A stretch of 63,932 bases of DNA, filler included, from Choristocarpus tenellus KU-1152 (GCA_964200185.2; 12 parts of 12 records of this genome joined end to end with filler, not necessarily neighbours in it); one strand, 5' to 3'; positions 24,751 to 38,000 are shown, counted from the first letter of the whole stretch. Notes: generated from the sequence alone by a model not told the origin. A program made the numbers and translations.

Positions 24751-25296
24751 CCAAAGTATCTGGGGGGGGGGGTGGCGGCTGTCACTTTTGAGTCAAATTT
24801 GTCATNNNNNNNNNNNNNNNNNNNNNNNNNNNNNNNNNNNNNNNNNNNNTTAATTAATTAANNNNNNNNNNNNNNNNNNNNNNNNNNNNNNNNNNNNNNN
24901 NNNNNCTCCCCCCCCAGATACTTTGAGGCAGTGGAAGTAGTATGTGCAATGTATGGGACATGACAGACGCAATATTGCAGTGCATACCTCCTGCATATAG
25001 TAATATATAGAACACATACACAGAAAGTATAGACCACATGCTGTACATAACCATTTATTATAAGTGTTTCACATGGCAGGGTAGTAGTACCAGTAGTAGT
25101 ACTACATGCTACACTCAGATACACACATTGTAGCAAACATGGAACATGCATGACAAAAATAGTTCTCGATACAACACTGAAGGAACCGACATACAGACAA
25201 CACACACACTTGTTTTTGCAGGACCAAAAAGGGGGGAATGATCCAATATCATTCTACAAATACCTCCACGATTCATGGAAGCACCTCAATTCTCAT

Positions 25297-26872
25297 CTAC
25301 TCTGGCAGGTGAAGATAACCTGACTCCATTCCTGACCAGTTGGTGACACTGTCACCACTTGTTGCAGTAGTACAAATGACAAATGGATAGTCCTCTGGTG
25401 CACACACTATCCTCCCTCCAAATTGCTCAGCATGATGCGCCCTGAGGTGTTGCCTATCATCCTGTTCATCACCATGGTCCACCCAAACAATGTTCAGTTG
25501 TAGCATTACTTTGCCGTAACTCCCTGCACTTCCACCTTAGGGTACGCCTTAGAATCTAGTACCCTCTCTTTGATATTCCTTATGGGGAGATTGTGGCTTA
25601 GATCGTTGTCCCATTGCACTTTCCCCCTGATCAGCTTGATCCCAACCCCCAAGTTATTCGCCCTCTCAATGTGATGCTTCTTTCAAATCAATACCTGAAC
25701 CCTCCACAACAGCCACACTGGGAATTGCACCACCATCCACACTCCATCCAACTAATGTGTCACCCAAGTTGTGATGTAAATTCTTCAGCCGTGCAGGCGG
25801 GCTTTGTATTATCAGGAGAAACAAAGGTATAGAAAACACAATAGTGTCAGCAATATAGGGGTACAATGCGTCAATAGTGGATGCCTGCAGGAAGTAGATG
25901 TTTACAACATTCATTTGCTGACTGCAAAATAAGATGAGGGGCAACAAGGCACAACAAAGAACATGTGTTACAGCACGCTCCAGAACTCACCTCCACGGGA
26001 TGTACAATTCAAATCCAACAAGCTTAAGACAATGCTACGGGGGGGTCCACAGTTGATAGCCACGAATTGGTGTCAGCTACGCTTCTCTCGATGCTTGACT
26101 TAAGGTTTAATCAAAAGATAAAAAGAGTGGGCTAAGTTATGCTTTTGTGGCAGTCAAAGTAATCTTTATTTGCATCATCCACCAGAGTTCAACAAAATAC
26201 AAATTGAAAGACATCTGCCAACCGTTGTATATGCACTCAAATTACAAATCTTTCCTGCAACTTCTAAGAAATCAGCATTTATTCCGTAAGGCCACTGAGG
26301 TGTTACGAATCTCATATACTAATCGCGCTTTATAGAACACAAAACGAAATGCTCGCGCTATTTGCCTGTAACATGTGGTATAGGTTGGAAAGAGTGTGAA
26401 TGGAGACTGTAAATATGTAACAGAGGCATATTTGTTGTGTATCACTTTGTCCATGTCAAGAGTCTTCAGCACAGTGTGGAATCCACAACTGCCGTCAGCA
26501 GGGCTTGGGTACTTCTTGACCCTATCCTGTGGCCCCTCAATAGTCCTCCAACCCTGCACACATGTCTAGCCATGCTGTCTGTTTATCCCCTTAATGTGTA
26601 CGGGTGTATGAACCGCAACACAGAAACTTTTTCGAGAAAGGTACTCAACGAGGGGGGACGCTTTTACCGTCAACTTCCTATCTCGCCCCAGAACACCCCT
26701 AGGGTTAGCCCTAGGTTCTCCTTGAAGATCTTGAACTGTGTATTCAGAGCTAACATCCTGACTATCGATACATCTCCACACAAATATGCAGATAGGACCA
26801 ACTTTATTGCTCTAACAAAGGCAATCATGTGCTTATCAGGTGAAATTGCTGCCATGCTGACCAAAGGTATCT

Positions 26873-26904
<32 letters not shown>

Positions 26905-27803
26905 CTACACCACGGTGTCCATTTGGGGCATAACCAGGAAAAGTGCACTTTCATTATCCATCCGATGTATGGAATCAAATCACCCAAAAATTACGACATG
27001 AAAAAATTGGCCCCAAATGGACAGCCGCTACCCCCCCCAGATACTTTGAGCCGCTATTAGCTCCAGATACAGCATAATTGACTGGTGGACCAAAACGTGC
27101 AACGTCAAACCCCAACATATTCACCATATGGTTCGTTACTCCTTTGTCATCCACAAAGATGTGGGGGACGAGCATGTGCTGAAGGGCATCCTTCACTCGA
27201 AGGGGACATAGCACACTCCTGCAAAGCATCCCCACCCTAACTGCCACTACATTCTGCCAAAACTTTGCTTCTTCCCTAGTGCTACCCTACCACTAAGCAA
27301 ACAAGGAAGAAACCAACACGAAATACTAACCGCCCAAAACGTAAACAGTTACCTTATAGAACCTTCTACATCTGGACAGTATTTTCTGCCAGGCATTATT
27401 CATGTAGTAGTAGTAGTTACTGGGCAATGACACTGACCCAAAGGAGGAATCACACCGATCCACAAAGGAGAATTCACTGTTTTCCAGTGCTTCCTTGATG
27501 CGCGAGTCACAAGCCCTAAGGCACTGGACCCCCCGCTCTGCCTTGGCCAATCTGATCAATTAAAGCAACAATCTGGACAGTTAAATCTGTTGGCATCAAC
27601 AATGAGATCAGCCCATGCTTGCTTCTAGCCCCACATTGTCCGCCTTCAGCCACAGTGGCGATTTCATGTTCCTCCTGTTCTAAAAATATTGGGTCATTGC
27701 AAAGTCCCCATTGGTTCCTGACTGTTTCAGGATCATGAGCTTGCCAAGAAAAAACTCCATGAGCTACATCAAGATTCTCTCCAGTTTGCTCGTTCTGCAT
27801 CAC
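25297..27803 (-). pseudogene. Decayed intron-containing gene with OTU-like cysteine protease motifs, interrupted by a MITE
   Basis: YPSPADGSCGFHTVL (about 26512-26468) resembles the OTU D-G-x-C catalytic loop. A downstream exon SVADTNSWLSTVD..AL..A..I.IV ends at GTGAGT (about 25990). The frame is restored across the MITE (...GANS|MAAISP...). Stops are present. Confidence 0.4.
26859..27052 (+). mobile_element. About 190-bp MITE with G-rich TIRs (G..CAAAGTATCT(G)n ... (C)nAGATACTTTGAGCC), 3-bp TSD GCT
   Basis: Terminal inverted repeats, with GCT duplicated at 26856-58 and 27053-55. Non-coding, with near-identical full copies elsewhere in the window. Confidence 0.85.
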
Positions 27804-28227
27804 ATGGACTAGGATTCAGTTGGTGTGGCTCAGACTCAGGGGCTGAACCACCCCAACACCAGATTCGTGTACCTCTGCAACTCCTGCTCCTTGCTTAAAC
27901 ACAGATAAATGCACCGTGACCTACCCCATGACAAACCCAGTATTTAGCTTACTTTTTCAACATTCACTGCCATTTTTAAACAGTTTTGCATAGAAAATTA
28001 CCCCTTTCATCTTAAACTTTGGTAAAATGTGTGTGACAGGGAAATATATAATGAGAATATCGAATAATGTACTCATTTGTTTAATAACACTACTTAATCC
28101 TCCTATCAAGATGTTAGTGTCCGTTCCATTCGCGCCCCTGAAGTGAGTGCGTGCTACGGCGCGCTTTCGCGCATTGCGAAACTGTCAATTCGTACATTAT
28201 CCGATCACCAGGACAAGATCAAATAGC

Positions 28228-28518
28228 ATGGGACACAACAGTGGCGAAGATTATCTTGATGAAGTCATGGATCCTGCAGACGTGGGTCGAGTAGGGTTCA
28301 AAGAGGGATTTGACCCGTATGGAATAGACGATGGGGATGAGGACGGACCAATGTCCAGGAATGAAAGCACGGGGGACATCTTTGGGACGCAATCGCACTC
28401 GAGGTCCTCTGGAGCACATGGTGTTGCTAAGGTGGACACTCCACTTCGGGTGGATCCCCCAACCTCCTTTAATGCCCCTTCACGCACCAACGGCCAAACA
28501 CGGGAGCAGCACATCAAG
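28228..28518 (+). CDS. Possible first exon of an uncharacterised gene (acidic N-terminus MGHNSGEDYLDEVMD...REQHIK|GT)
   Basis: ATG follows a CpG-rich promoter-like stretch (28120-28220), then an open acidic frame and an AAG|GTTAGA donor. No family recognised. Confidence 0.4.
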
Positions 28519-30557
28519 GTTAGAATATCCACTAGCTGCTTAGAGGTAGGCCTTCACAAACATCCATGCAAACCACGAATTTGTTCGATACATGTACCTC
28601 AGATCTTGCGATTTCGCTTCGAGCAAATCGGTACGATAAGGCTAAGTGTTAACAATCGCTGGTGGCTGAGGATAAACCATTGTCCACTCTAGGCCACAGC
28701 CTTCTCCCCAGCTGCCTTCAAGATGCGGAAGTACGAGATACCCATACCTGATACCTGCGGCGAGAGCGTCCGTGGAGGGTGAGTCTGATTTTGAGGTATA
28801 TACTTCCGCACCTGTTGAGCTGCTCTGTTCTAATATTCTTTGGGGAATAGAGAATTATCGGTGTTGCCACTTTGCTAACATAGCATAGTTCCGCGCGACA
28901 CTCCATACTAGATGCAGCTACAATTACATTCCTCTGTCTACTATTCTATCTTGAACTGTGTATCTGTAGACATTGCAAACACATTTGTTCCATTGCTACA
29001 AGGACTCTCCCCTCTCTTGGCCTGCTGCTTGTGCCAGCTTACTGGAAGTGGGCTTGGATGGCCTGAAGTGGGCTTGGATGGCCTCAAAGCAACCAAGTCC
29101 AACTATTCCCCCCAAAATGCCAACGTCTATGGTACATACATAGATGGACGAAAAACCTGAAGTCCTTGCCCATAGCAGCAAGGCAGCACATGACTTCTTA
29201 TCATAAGAGCTTACCACTTTGACAATCTCTGTCCATGCGGTGGAACAGTCAGATTCGATCATGCCACAGTATCCTGAAAGAAAAATAGCTGCTTATACAT
29301 TGCACATCAGAAACATGTATGTACCCTTCTAATAGAGAGAATGTGATGCAATAAAATCTTCTTTCAGGATTAGAGAGGAGGGAAGGAGGACATTCCCCAC
29401 ATGAAGATCAAATCTATAAATTGCTCTAATCCGCTCATGCTAAGTATAATCCCCTCCCTTTCCCAGCCCAAGAAATTCTAATAATTTGTACTAGTTTGAT
29501 TTTTAAATGACTACACCGCTACACCACTAAAAAATGGGCTTAGCTAGGAGCATAGCATTTGAAAATTGTTAAGTTGAGCTCTAAGTCACTGGTCAAAAAA
29601 ATCACTCAGTCGAGAGTTGCTCTGGGTCAAAGTATCTTGGGGGGGGGGGGGGGGGTTAGTGGGGGGGGGCCCGTTGTCGCCACACAACCCTTTTTTTTGC
29701 TTAATTTTAAAATGCACCCTTTGCAAAANNNNNNNNNNNNNNNNNNNNNNNNNNNNNNNNNNNNNNNNNNNNTTAATTAATTAANNNNNNNNNNNNNNNN
29801 NNNNNNNNNNNNNNNNNNNNNNNNNNNNTTTTTTGTTTTTTTGGGGGGGGGGTGGTTTTTTGTGGGGGGGGGGGGTTGGTGGGTGGGGGGGGGGGGGGGG
29901 GGGGAAGGGAAGGCTGATAAGTAGAAACACAGTTAATTTGGTTGTAACTTTGTGCAGGCGTGTCAAAAGCTTCCACATCGATGCAAGAAAAAAAAAACAA
30001 AAACAAAAAACACACACACACACACTCTCGAATACACACTGTTGTCACAACTCTCCTTCTTGAAGGTGCATTTACAACCCTGAATCCAATTCCTGCATTT
30101 GAAAGTGTCTCACATGTATCCGCTCCTCTAGCGGAGATATTCAAGCCCCCCGCCAATTTCTCCTAGGCTGTGTTGCATCTTGCCCCCCTCAACCTCCTCC
30201 CCCTTCTCACACTCTGCCCAAATCCCCACCTGTTACCTCTAGACCCCCCCCACGCATATGCCAAATGTAGTCTAGACAAACCACCTGCTTCTAACAGCTC
30301 AGCTCTTCAAAGTTGTCCCTGTCAGTCCACTGTACTTGTACACTGCCCTTAACTTGTATACAAAAGAAGTATCACTTCCCCCTTTCCAGGCTGTACCCCA
30401 GCAACGACACAGGGCTAGAGACCTCTCCCCTTGACCTAGCCCTGAATATATGCATATATATACATATATATATATAATCTGCTCCCCTGCCCATGCTCCA
30501 ACTCTCAAGCTAAAAGCAACTCTATTTTTGCCCCCAGACCTTCATTGTTGCTTTTAC

Positions 30558-33119
30558 CTTGACACCCCTCCTTGAATTGGGGTCAAGAAGGTAGTTGTAT
30601 GGCATTAGCACAAGCTCAGCCTGTGGCGCCTCCCCCCGGCTATGGTAGTAGGGGCAGAACTGATGGGTTTTTGCAAGCGAAACCAACTCCTCAATGTCTA
30701 CTACCTGGGCAGAAGGAGATTGATTTATCAAGGTTACTAGTAATTTGTATAAAAAAGAGGCATAATACCAACCAGGTGTATATATATATATATATATTGA
30801 TTTACTGGTTGGTATCATCAGTACACACAACCCCACAATGCTGCAGTACAGCACATGGAAGCAGCATAATGTGTTATTCAAAGTAAATGTCTTAACATAT
30901 GTCTTGAGGATGCAGCTGGCATACACCCTAAGTGTATACAAAACACCACAGCAATACAGGACCTAGATTAAGGACCTAAGAGGAAAGTTCTGGGTGCTCC
31001 GGAGCAGTGTTTCATCATTGGAGTAGCAAAATTGAAGTCCAGGCCATAGCCAGACATGAAGTAGGCTGAAGTAGCGTATCGATCAATGGAGACACACTGC
31101 AGGCGGAAGCACTCATACTAAGCACAAGAACGAACAACATTGATTCACCCTAACCCCAAGAAGCACGCAGAGTAAAGTGATACAGGTAACAATATCTGCT
31201 ACAATGTACCACCTCTTTCACAATAATGCCCTACAGCAGCCCACACTACATGAATCTGCGGAAGGAGGCGCTTCAGGACAAAGCCATGACACTGCACCTG
31301 AGGTATTCACTGTGTCAAACCTGATTCTGGTTGGTGTTAACCACAGGGCCCGCCTCAGTCCCCCGGTGGTACTTGCACTGCCTCCCTGAAACCAAAGCAC
31401 CACAGGCATGGTTCATGGCTTGTCCCTTGAGTCGGCGCACATCATCATGCACACAGAGCTGCTCCCGGGATCCCAGCAGGGACAATCTGGGGCGGTAGGT
31501 TGTGTTCTTGAGCTCCTTCACCACCTGCCAGAAGCAAAAGAGCAGTAGGGGAGGAGGGTGCTGGTGAAGATTGGGGTGGACAGGGGAAAGACACCTTGGC
31601 TTGCCTGATGGTGCCTGCTTGTTTGTATTTTGTTTAAGAAAGAGAAAGAGAAAGAAAGAGAGAGGGAGAGAGAGGCTGTGTGTCTGTTGTGTGTACAAGA
31701 GTGAACATGTGCATAAGCTTTAGGATGTGTTTTTTGTTCGCAGATGGTTGTGGATGTGGAAATAGCTTAGTTCATAATTGCTGTCAACTTTACAATGGTC
31801 ACAAGTAAATGACAGCGAGGACAAGCAAAGGAGCATGTGCACAGACGACTGTGAGGGGGATATGCACACATCATTGTTGTTTACTACCCTAAGTAAGCAT
31901 GACATATGTAATGACAAGTGGAAAGGTACAGCAGAGCAGAACAGCCTAGAGCTTCCAATGCTTCTTCTACTGCGCCAATGAATAGTCTCATCGATGAGGC
32001 TAGCAAGCGATACAGTAGCCATGTGTGGCGAAAGAGTGAGCACACTGATGTACACTAATGTATCGGTGCATACCTGCGCCAATTGACTGTGTGTCCTTGA
32101 AGAATAAATAATGGTTGGCACCCCTACTGGCATAGACTGAGTTTGGGGTAGAGGCGGAGCCTGCCCAGGGTCCTCGTATGCAAGACTCCCTTTCTGACCA
32201 CCCTTCTACGAGTGTCAATGTCACGGGGAGGGGGCAGCAAGGGACTGCTCGTTAGATACAGAATTACATTCTTCTTGTGATCTTTGGGGGAATGTGGGTG
32301 GGTAGGAGCAAGGGTTTTGATTGGTGGAGGTCAACTATGAAAGTACGGCAAGAAAAAGAGTTTGAACTAAGGTGTTGATTCCGACTCTTTGCGCACTACA
32401 CACATATAGAGCACACCGTGCGCATGAGAGTTGATTCGCAAGAGATGTACCCACACATTGTTTCAAGAGTTGATGTTGCAGTAGATCATCGACAGTAACG
32501 AGAGGGTTTATGGGGTGAATCCAAGGATATCTCCAAGCACAGCCCTACATCAGGTGTCGTAAACAACTTTCGCAGTTCCGCATGTAACGTCAAACCTTCA
32601 CTGCAAGGCTGGCCTTGAATTGCCAAGCCAACGTTGAGCACAGCAGGCAAAGTGTCTTCCCCGTTCCTGTAGGGCTCTCAAGAAGGGCGTTCGTCTTGGC
32701 GCCACATGGCAGGTAGAAAGAACGAAATGGAAAGTACAATGTAAAGGGGAAAAAAATAGTATGATTTTCAATGAATTCTCCTCTAACCAATTTGAGCAAG
32801 GCCTGCGTTGAGGTAAACATGCATGTCGAGAGTGGACACCTCAACGATCCATCAAAGCTAGATGAAGAGTAGGAGTTTACTACGAGCGTGTGCTGCTCCT
32901 TCATTGTAGTACCAACTCATTAAAAGAGTCCTCACGAGAACAGGTGGTAGGTGAAGGGAATATGCGGTACCGACATACCCACCTTTCTAATACTGCTTCC
33001 AACAACATCCTCACCGGGGTGTTCAAAGCCTCCATCACGCTGCGCATATATGTGAACTGACAATCGTAGGGCTGAAACGGAAAGTCCACATCCGTTCCGT
33101 TAATGTCGAAGGTCGGCAT
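30558..33119 (-). CDS. RTEL1: RTEL1-like Fe-S DEAH (XPD-family) DNA helicase, 5' part; exons 33119-33015, 32694-32596, 32160-32074, 31524-about 31350, 30704-30558 (continues beyond the contig)
   Basis: [25 protein letters not shown]; [23 protein letters not shown] (Walker A); [19 protein letters not shown]; [10 protein letters not shown]...C...C (Fe-S cysteines); DIEELV...CPYY...[13 protein letters not shown]. The LLC..LAW and FPF.PY.CQ..YM motifs favour RTEL1 (or FANCJ). The exon-4 donor is uncertain. Confidence 0.92.
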
Positions 33120-33376
33120 GATGGGACGTATCCTTCACTAGAAAGTACTTTTGTGTTACAGATGTTTTGGTAGAAAATTCAAAATTGTTTTCATAAGTAT
33201 GAAGTTGGCGTTTGCTTTGATTGAACGTGGGTTGATGATAAGGTCGAGGAAACTAGCCGAATTCGACAGTTTCTCGCAGAAGTCTGCACACAAGGTGGAC
33301 AAGATTACCAACAAACCACTGAGTGACATCGTATCTGCGCAACTAGGAACGTTGGTTTGATACACTGCGAAACGCA
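33120..33376. promoter_or_regulatory. Compact bidirectional promoter region, RTEL1 / rhomboid
   Basis: Only 257 bp between divergent ATGs (33119 on minus, 33377 on plus). Confidence 0.65.
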
Positions 33377-35014
33377 ATGTTTGCCGGTAATAGGCGGAGA
33401 CCGGGCCTTGGGCACTCTAGACAGAGTAACGGGACCAAGGCCTATTTTGCGATGTTAGTGGTCCAACTTATGAGTAAGATAGTAAATTTAAGGAGGAAAC
33501 CTCCGTTAACTCTGATGCTGATGGCTGCTATGACGATTATTCACCTAAAACCTGAATTGTTCCGGGAGTTACTGGAAGGGAGTGGGGAGTTTCTGGGTGG
33601 GAATGGACTTCGGGATGTCCTGCGGGGTGCGATGGGGAGAGGGACGGGCATCGTCCAGAGCATCTGTCTCAAACCCAACGTCATCGTTGATACATTTTTT
33701 CGGTGAGTGATTCACTGCCCTATACTAGGATGCTTCGGCCTGATGCATGATGCTATTCATTCGGAGAACGGACACGAAGAGTCCAGCCTTGTCTTTGCTC
33801 TCACTTGAAACAGATTATCTTTTGTGTCAATCAGTGTGAAGAGTTATCCCTATCCACTTTAACAGTATCATATAGAATCCTGATGCCTTATGCTTCGCCC
33901 CTCTTTCCATCTTAAACAAGTCCGCTTTCTCTCGTTCTCTCCTTTCGTTACCACACCTGGACACGTGGACACTCTCTTGTGAACCCTCAGTCAAGGCAGG
34001 GTTGATCTAAGAAGGTTGCTGCTCTCGGCGTTCTTGCACGGTGATGACTTGCATCTCTATTATAACATGGCTAGCCTTCTCCTTAAGGGTGTAACTCTGG
34101 AGCTCAGCCTTGGGTCAATGGCCTTTGCTCGGACAATCATCTTTACCCTCCTTGTTTCGCATGGCCTAGTTGTGGCCATCGCCTGGACCCTCTTCAACTT
34201 CCTCGATGTCCCGGGGCCGTACCAATCCTGTTCAATCGGATTTTCTGCGGTTCTTTTTGCCCTCAAGTACATCATCAGCTGCCGTTCTCCCCCTGGGACC
34301 TCTGTGAGGGTGATGGGGTTAACGGTTAGTGCTCGTCATGCTGCATGGCTGGAGCTTGCCCTCATCTCCGCCCTTGTACCCAATGCATCCTTCCTCGGTC
34401 ATTTATGTGGTATACTGGCTGGTATTCTCCATGAGCATGCATTGCCACTTTTCCTTGGTGATCCCACCCCTGTGCCTCCAAGGTTCAGAGGAAGGACCTC
34501 GGGACGAGGTGGTTGGTGGCCATGGTCATCTCGGCCATCCTACACCTACAGGAGTGGTACGAGTGGTGCTTCACCCCCAAATGAAGGAACAAGTCAAGGG
34601 AATGGCACGGGGTTGGGGCAGGGTGGGGTCGATAACAGAGGCACGGGCATGGGAAGACACACCACCCGGGTGTGGGTGGAGGGAGGGGCATCTGCTGGTA
34701 ATAGTGATGATCCTGATTTGCAAGAGGCAATTCGACGATCGCTTCAGCCAGGTCAAACTAGGGGATCGGGTGAAAGCAATGGTGTTGATAGGCGATACTC
34801 ACCACCATCACCCTCAACCCCACTTCCATCAGAGGCTGTTAGGGCAACGCCCTCTGCTCCACCTGTGTGGGAAGTAGCCGGAGATAGTGGAACAGGTACG
34901 GGTGAGGCAGCTTCTGGAGAGGGGGAAAGTGAAACCCTGCAAATGCCTGTGGGTTCAAATGCAGCCAGCGAACTTAGAAGGCGGAGGTTGCTTCGGTTTG
35001 ATGCAAAGAGATGA
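33377..35014 (+). CDS. RHBDD1: Rhomboid intramembrane serine protease, RHBDL4/RHBDD1 type, 449 aa; exons 33377-33702 and 33991-35014
   Basis: Phase-2 GT-AG intron. Motifs KPPLTL, RRLLLSAFLHGDDLHLYYNM, catalytic GFSAVLF, AAWLEL...VPNASFLGHLCGIL (catalytic His), and a C-terminal UIM-like DPDLQEAIRRSL and VBM-like ELRRRRLLRF. Confidence 0.93.
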
Positions 35015-38000
35015 CACAGGAGCAAGGCACTTCAGCCGTTGGCTTTCAATAGGACATGGGTACATCTGTGGTTGATTTTACTGCAGACAGCTGGTTTGAC
35101 ATATATACTCCAGAGTACATGTGTGGCGGATATGGAGTTTTGTCTAGAGAAGCTAGGGGGCGGATATGGTTGGCAACACAACTGCAAGAGGAGAAACAAG
35201 GGGCTTTTGTTTTGTCTGGTCTCCTCCAAGATCCGTTGGAAACTTCACTGCTGCTGTGGTGGTTGCCTGCAACCTGTGCACTTTTTCTGGATGTGAATGC
35301 CTTCATTACCTTTCCTCTTGATTACAACATTCAAGTGGAGTGTGAATATATGGAGATTATTTAAAACCTTTATGTGATCAACCTGAGAAGTTCAGGAAAG
35401 GAAAAAGTGGAGCAAACTATCGACCCCATTGAGACAACCCACCAGATGAAAATGGGCCTTCCCTATTCTACAACCGCCCCATCTACTCTGTCCACCAAGT
35501 CTCTAGAATATATGCTTGGGGTATCCTACTGCTTCAAACACATTGGAATGTGTATATACTTCTACTTTGCATGCATTTTGAACTGTGTATATATATAACT
35601 TTTATATTAATGCTATGCGTGCATTTTCTTTCAAGAGCGCACATGTGTCTTGTGGTAAGCCATGACATTTTAGTCGAGATTGGGTTATATGAAATATTGT
35701 TGTATGATAAATGAAAATTCCAAACATATGAGTCTTCTAATGGAACATGAAATGAGAGTTGAGATGAGTTCAAAGTTGAAAGGCTTGCTATACGGGCCCG
35801 TCACTGAGAACTGCTACTGGGTATTTTGGTAGACATGCACTACACATGAATTAGCTTCTTGAGTTGTGCCTGTGCCATTGAACCACCTGAAACAGTCACC
35901 AATCTGACTCATCGTAACACTATGCACAATGTTTCAGTCTATTGTACCTAGTATTACATAAATGTACATGAAACTATCACACTGTATTACATGTTTGTGC
36001 CAACACACACAATGTAAGCGTAACAGTAGTTACTGCAATAGTCAAGACCATACTGGACGCACCATTGAGAGTATTACATTCCAATCAACAGGCCTCACCA
36101 TCTCGTACTACATATCTGCATCCTTGAGTCGAGAAAGATCACCTTAGGCAGTATGTAGGAATGAGACTGGCAGTGACAATCTCTTTAGTAGGCCTACTGG
36201 GTCAAAGTATCTGGGGGGGGTNNNNNNNNNNNNNNNNNNNNNNNNNNNNNNNNNNNNNNNNNNNNTTAATTAATTAANNNNNNNNNNNNNNNNNNNNNNN
36301 NNNNNNNNNNNNNNNNNNNNNCATCCTCATAGTCCTGCACCATCCTCAATTTTGAGAAAGACCTGTTAAAGGCATACAATTTGTAGTGTTTGCCACAAGG
36401 AGTTTGCATAATCAACACCAAATTTAAGTATAAAGAAGTCTAGTGTCCTTTCTTTGTAAATCACAAACCCCGTGGAGGGCCGCATTAGACACTGAGCCAC
36501 AAGGACTCGAGATCCGTGGTCAAAAGGTAGTAGGAATCAGAAGACAACAGACCCTTGCTTGATAAAAGGAATTTGTATCAACTATAAAGATTAAAATTCA
36601 ATTCCATTTCCAGGGAGCACAGAGCGCTCTGGCGTACTATAGAACAATGCACTGACCCACCTATCCATCCACCCTCACTGCACCCACTTCCCATCTACTC
36701 TAACAATCTTTGTCCAACACACCCCCATCATCAAAGTGAACTACCTACAAAGAGCCAAAGTAAACAAGAGGTACCCAGGTTTTGGTTGTTTTGCATTTTG
36801 AACCAGTTTTTTAATCTCTTGCAATTCGCCCTTATTTTCAAGGATGAAGTGCTAAGTTTGAGTCCATATTTTCGACACAATTCAGAAATCTTCCTGGATA
36901 CAATGTGGCTCAATACTAGAGGATCAATTTTTGGCACTACACTCCTACATATCCCCTTCCTCCACCCGTTGATGATTTTGTATGCCCCATCCGAAGCCCT
37001 GCTGCCATACCCAATTGCTCCTCCAAGCTGGAAATACCAACAAGAGAGACACCAACAGGGATTCTGATGGGGAATACAGCAGGGTCATGGTTAAAGAACC
37101 TCAAACCACAGGTTTAAGAAGTCGAGTGACATAGCCGTTCTTGCAGCAGGCAACAGCACATCGGGGGAGAGAGAAATGCGAACACCAAGTCGATCCAATA
37201 CGACATTGAGAGATGAGGTTAGGGGACAGGTCATGTAGACATACAGAGTATCAGTTATTGTCAAACCTGCACACAGGACTAGCGCTAAAATGCTCCATGA
37301 TCAGATCAAAATAAATATCTAGCACCATGCACCTCCAGTTGTCAGGTTCATGCAAATAGGTATCTATTCCTGCCACACTCGTATGCTCTTGGAGGTCAAG
37401 TGTGCTGAAATACCCTCTTTCCTCAGTCTGTTGTCTTTTCCGTCCAGGTACAAAGCCCCCAGTCGCTGCCAGGCCCACCTCCATTACTCACTCCACCTTG
37501 GACCTGTTTGTCGCAGCCGTTTTTTCTTTTTCTGCTTGGCTGCATTCTTAGCTCATCTCGCTACCAGCTGAGTTTTCCATTTCTCCTCACCATATGTACC
37601 CACATCTGCAGTCATCACTGCCTAGCCTATCCATCTCTCCCACCACAAGCACTGGTATGGGTGCTGGTGGTGATGAGCTTGTGACATTGGGGATTGGTGG
37701 AGCATTGAGCCATCCATCTCTCGAGATAGGTGGCTCAGGCAGTCATGGCAGTCCAAGTGTGTGTGCATCTGAGGAGAAGCTCCCAGGAGAGGATATTCTC
37801 TGGAGTATTATTGTAGGAATGTATCACTTTGTGAGGTGATCTTTTCTCGATCTCTTCGTGGTAGATATCTTTTTATACATAACTTGCAAAATAAAATAAA
37901 GATACTATGTATCTTTCCATCTTAGGATACCTCAACACCTTGATCTATATGATCACACCATTCAGAACACCACTGTTTCGGTACCTCCACCAATCAGGTC

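Noticed and set aside
26437-27060. 207-aa ORF and similar peptides at 40779-41104 and 58814-59032
   Set aside because: The shared peptide similarity comes from translating the non-coding MITE and its poly-G run.
28228-28245. N-terminal MGHNS reminiscent of GHN motifs in some phage/bacterial proteins
   Set aside because: A five-residue match with no further similarity, and the exon ends at a spliceosomal donor.
36900-37500. Possible Ulp1-like protease relic (YLHEPDNWRCMVLDIYFDLI; FFNHDPAVFPI)
   Set aside because: Only loose similarity. No HW or QxNxxDCG catalytic motif could be found.
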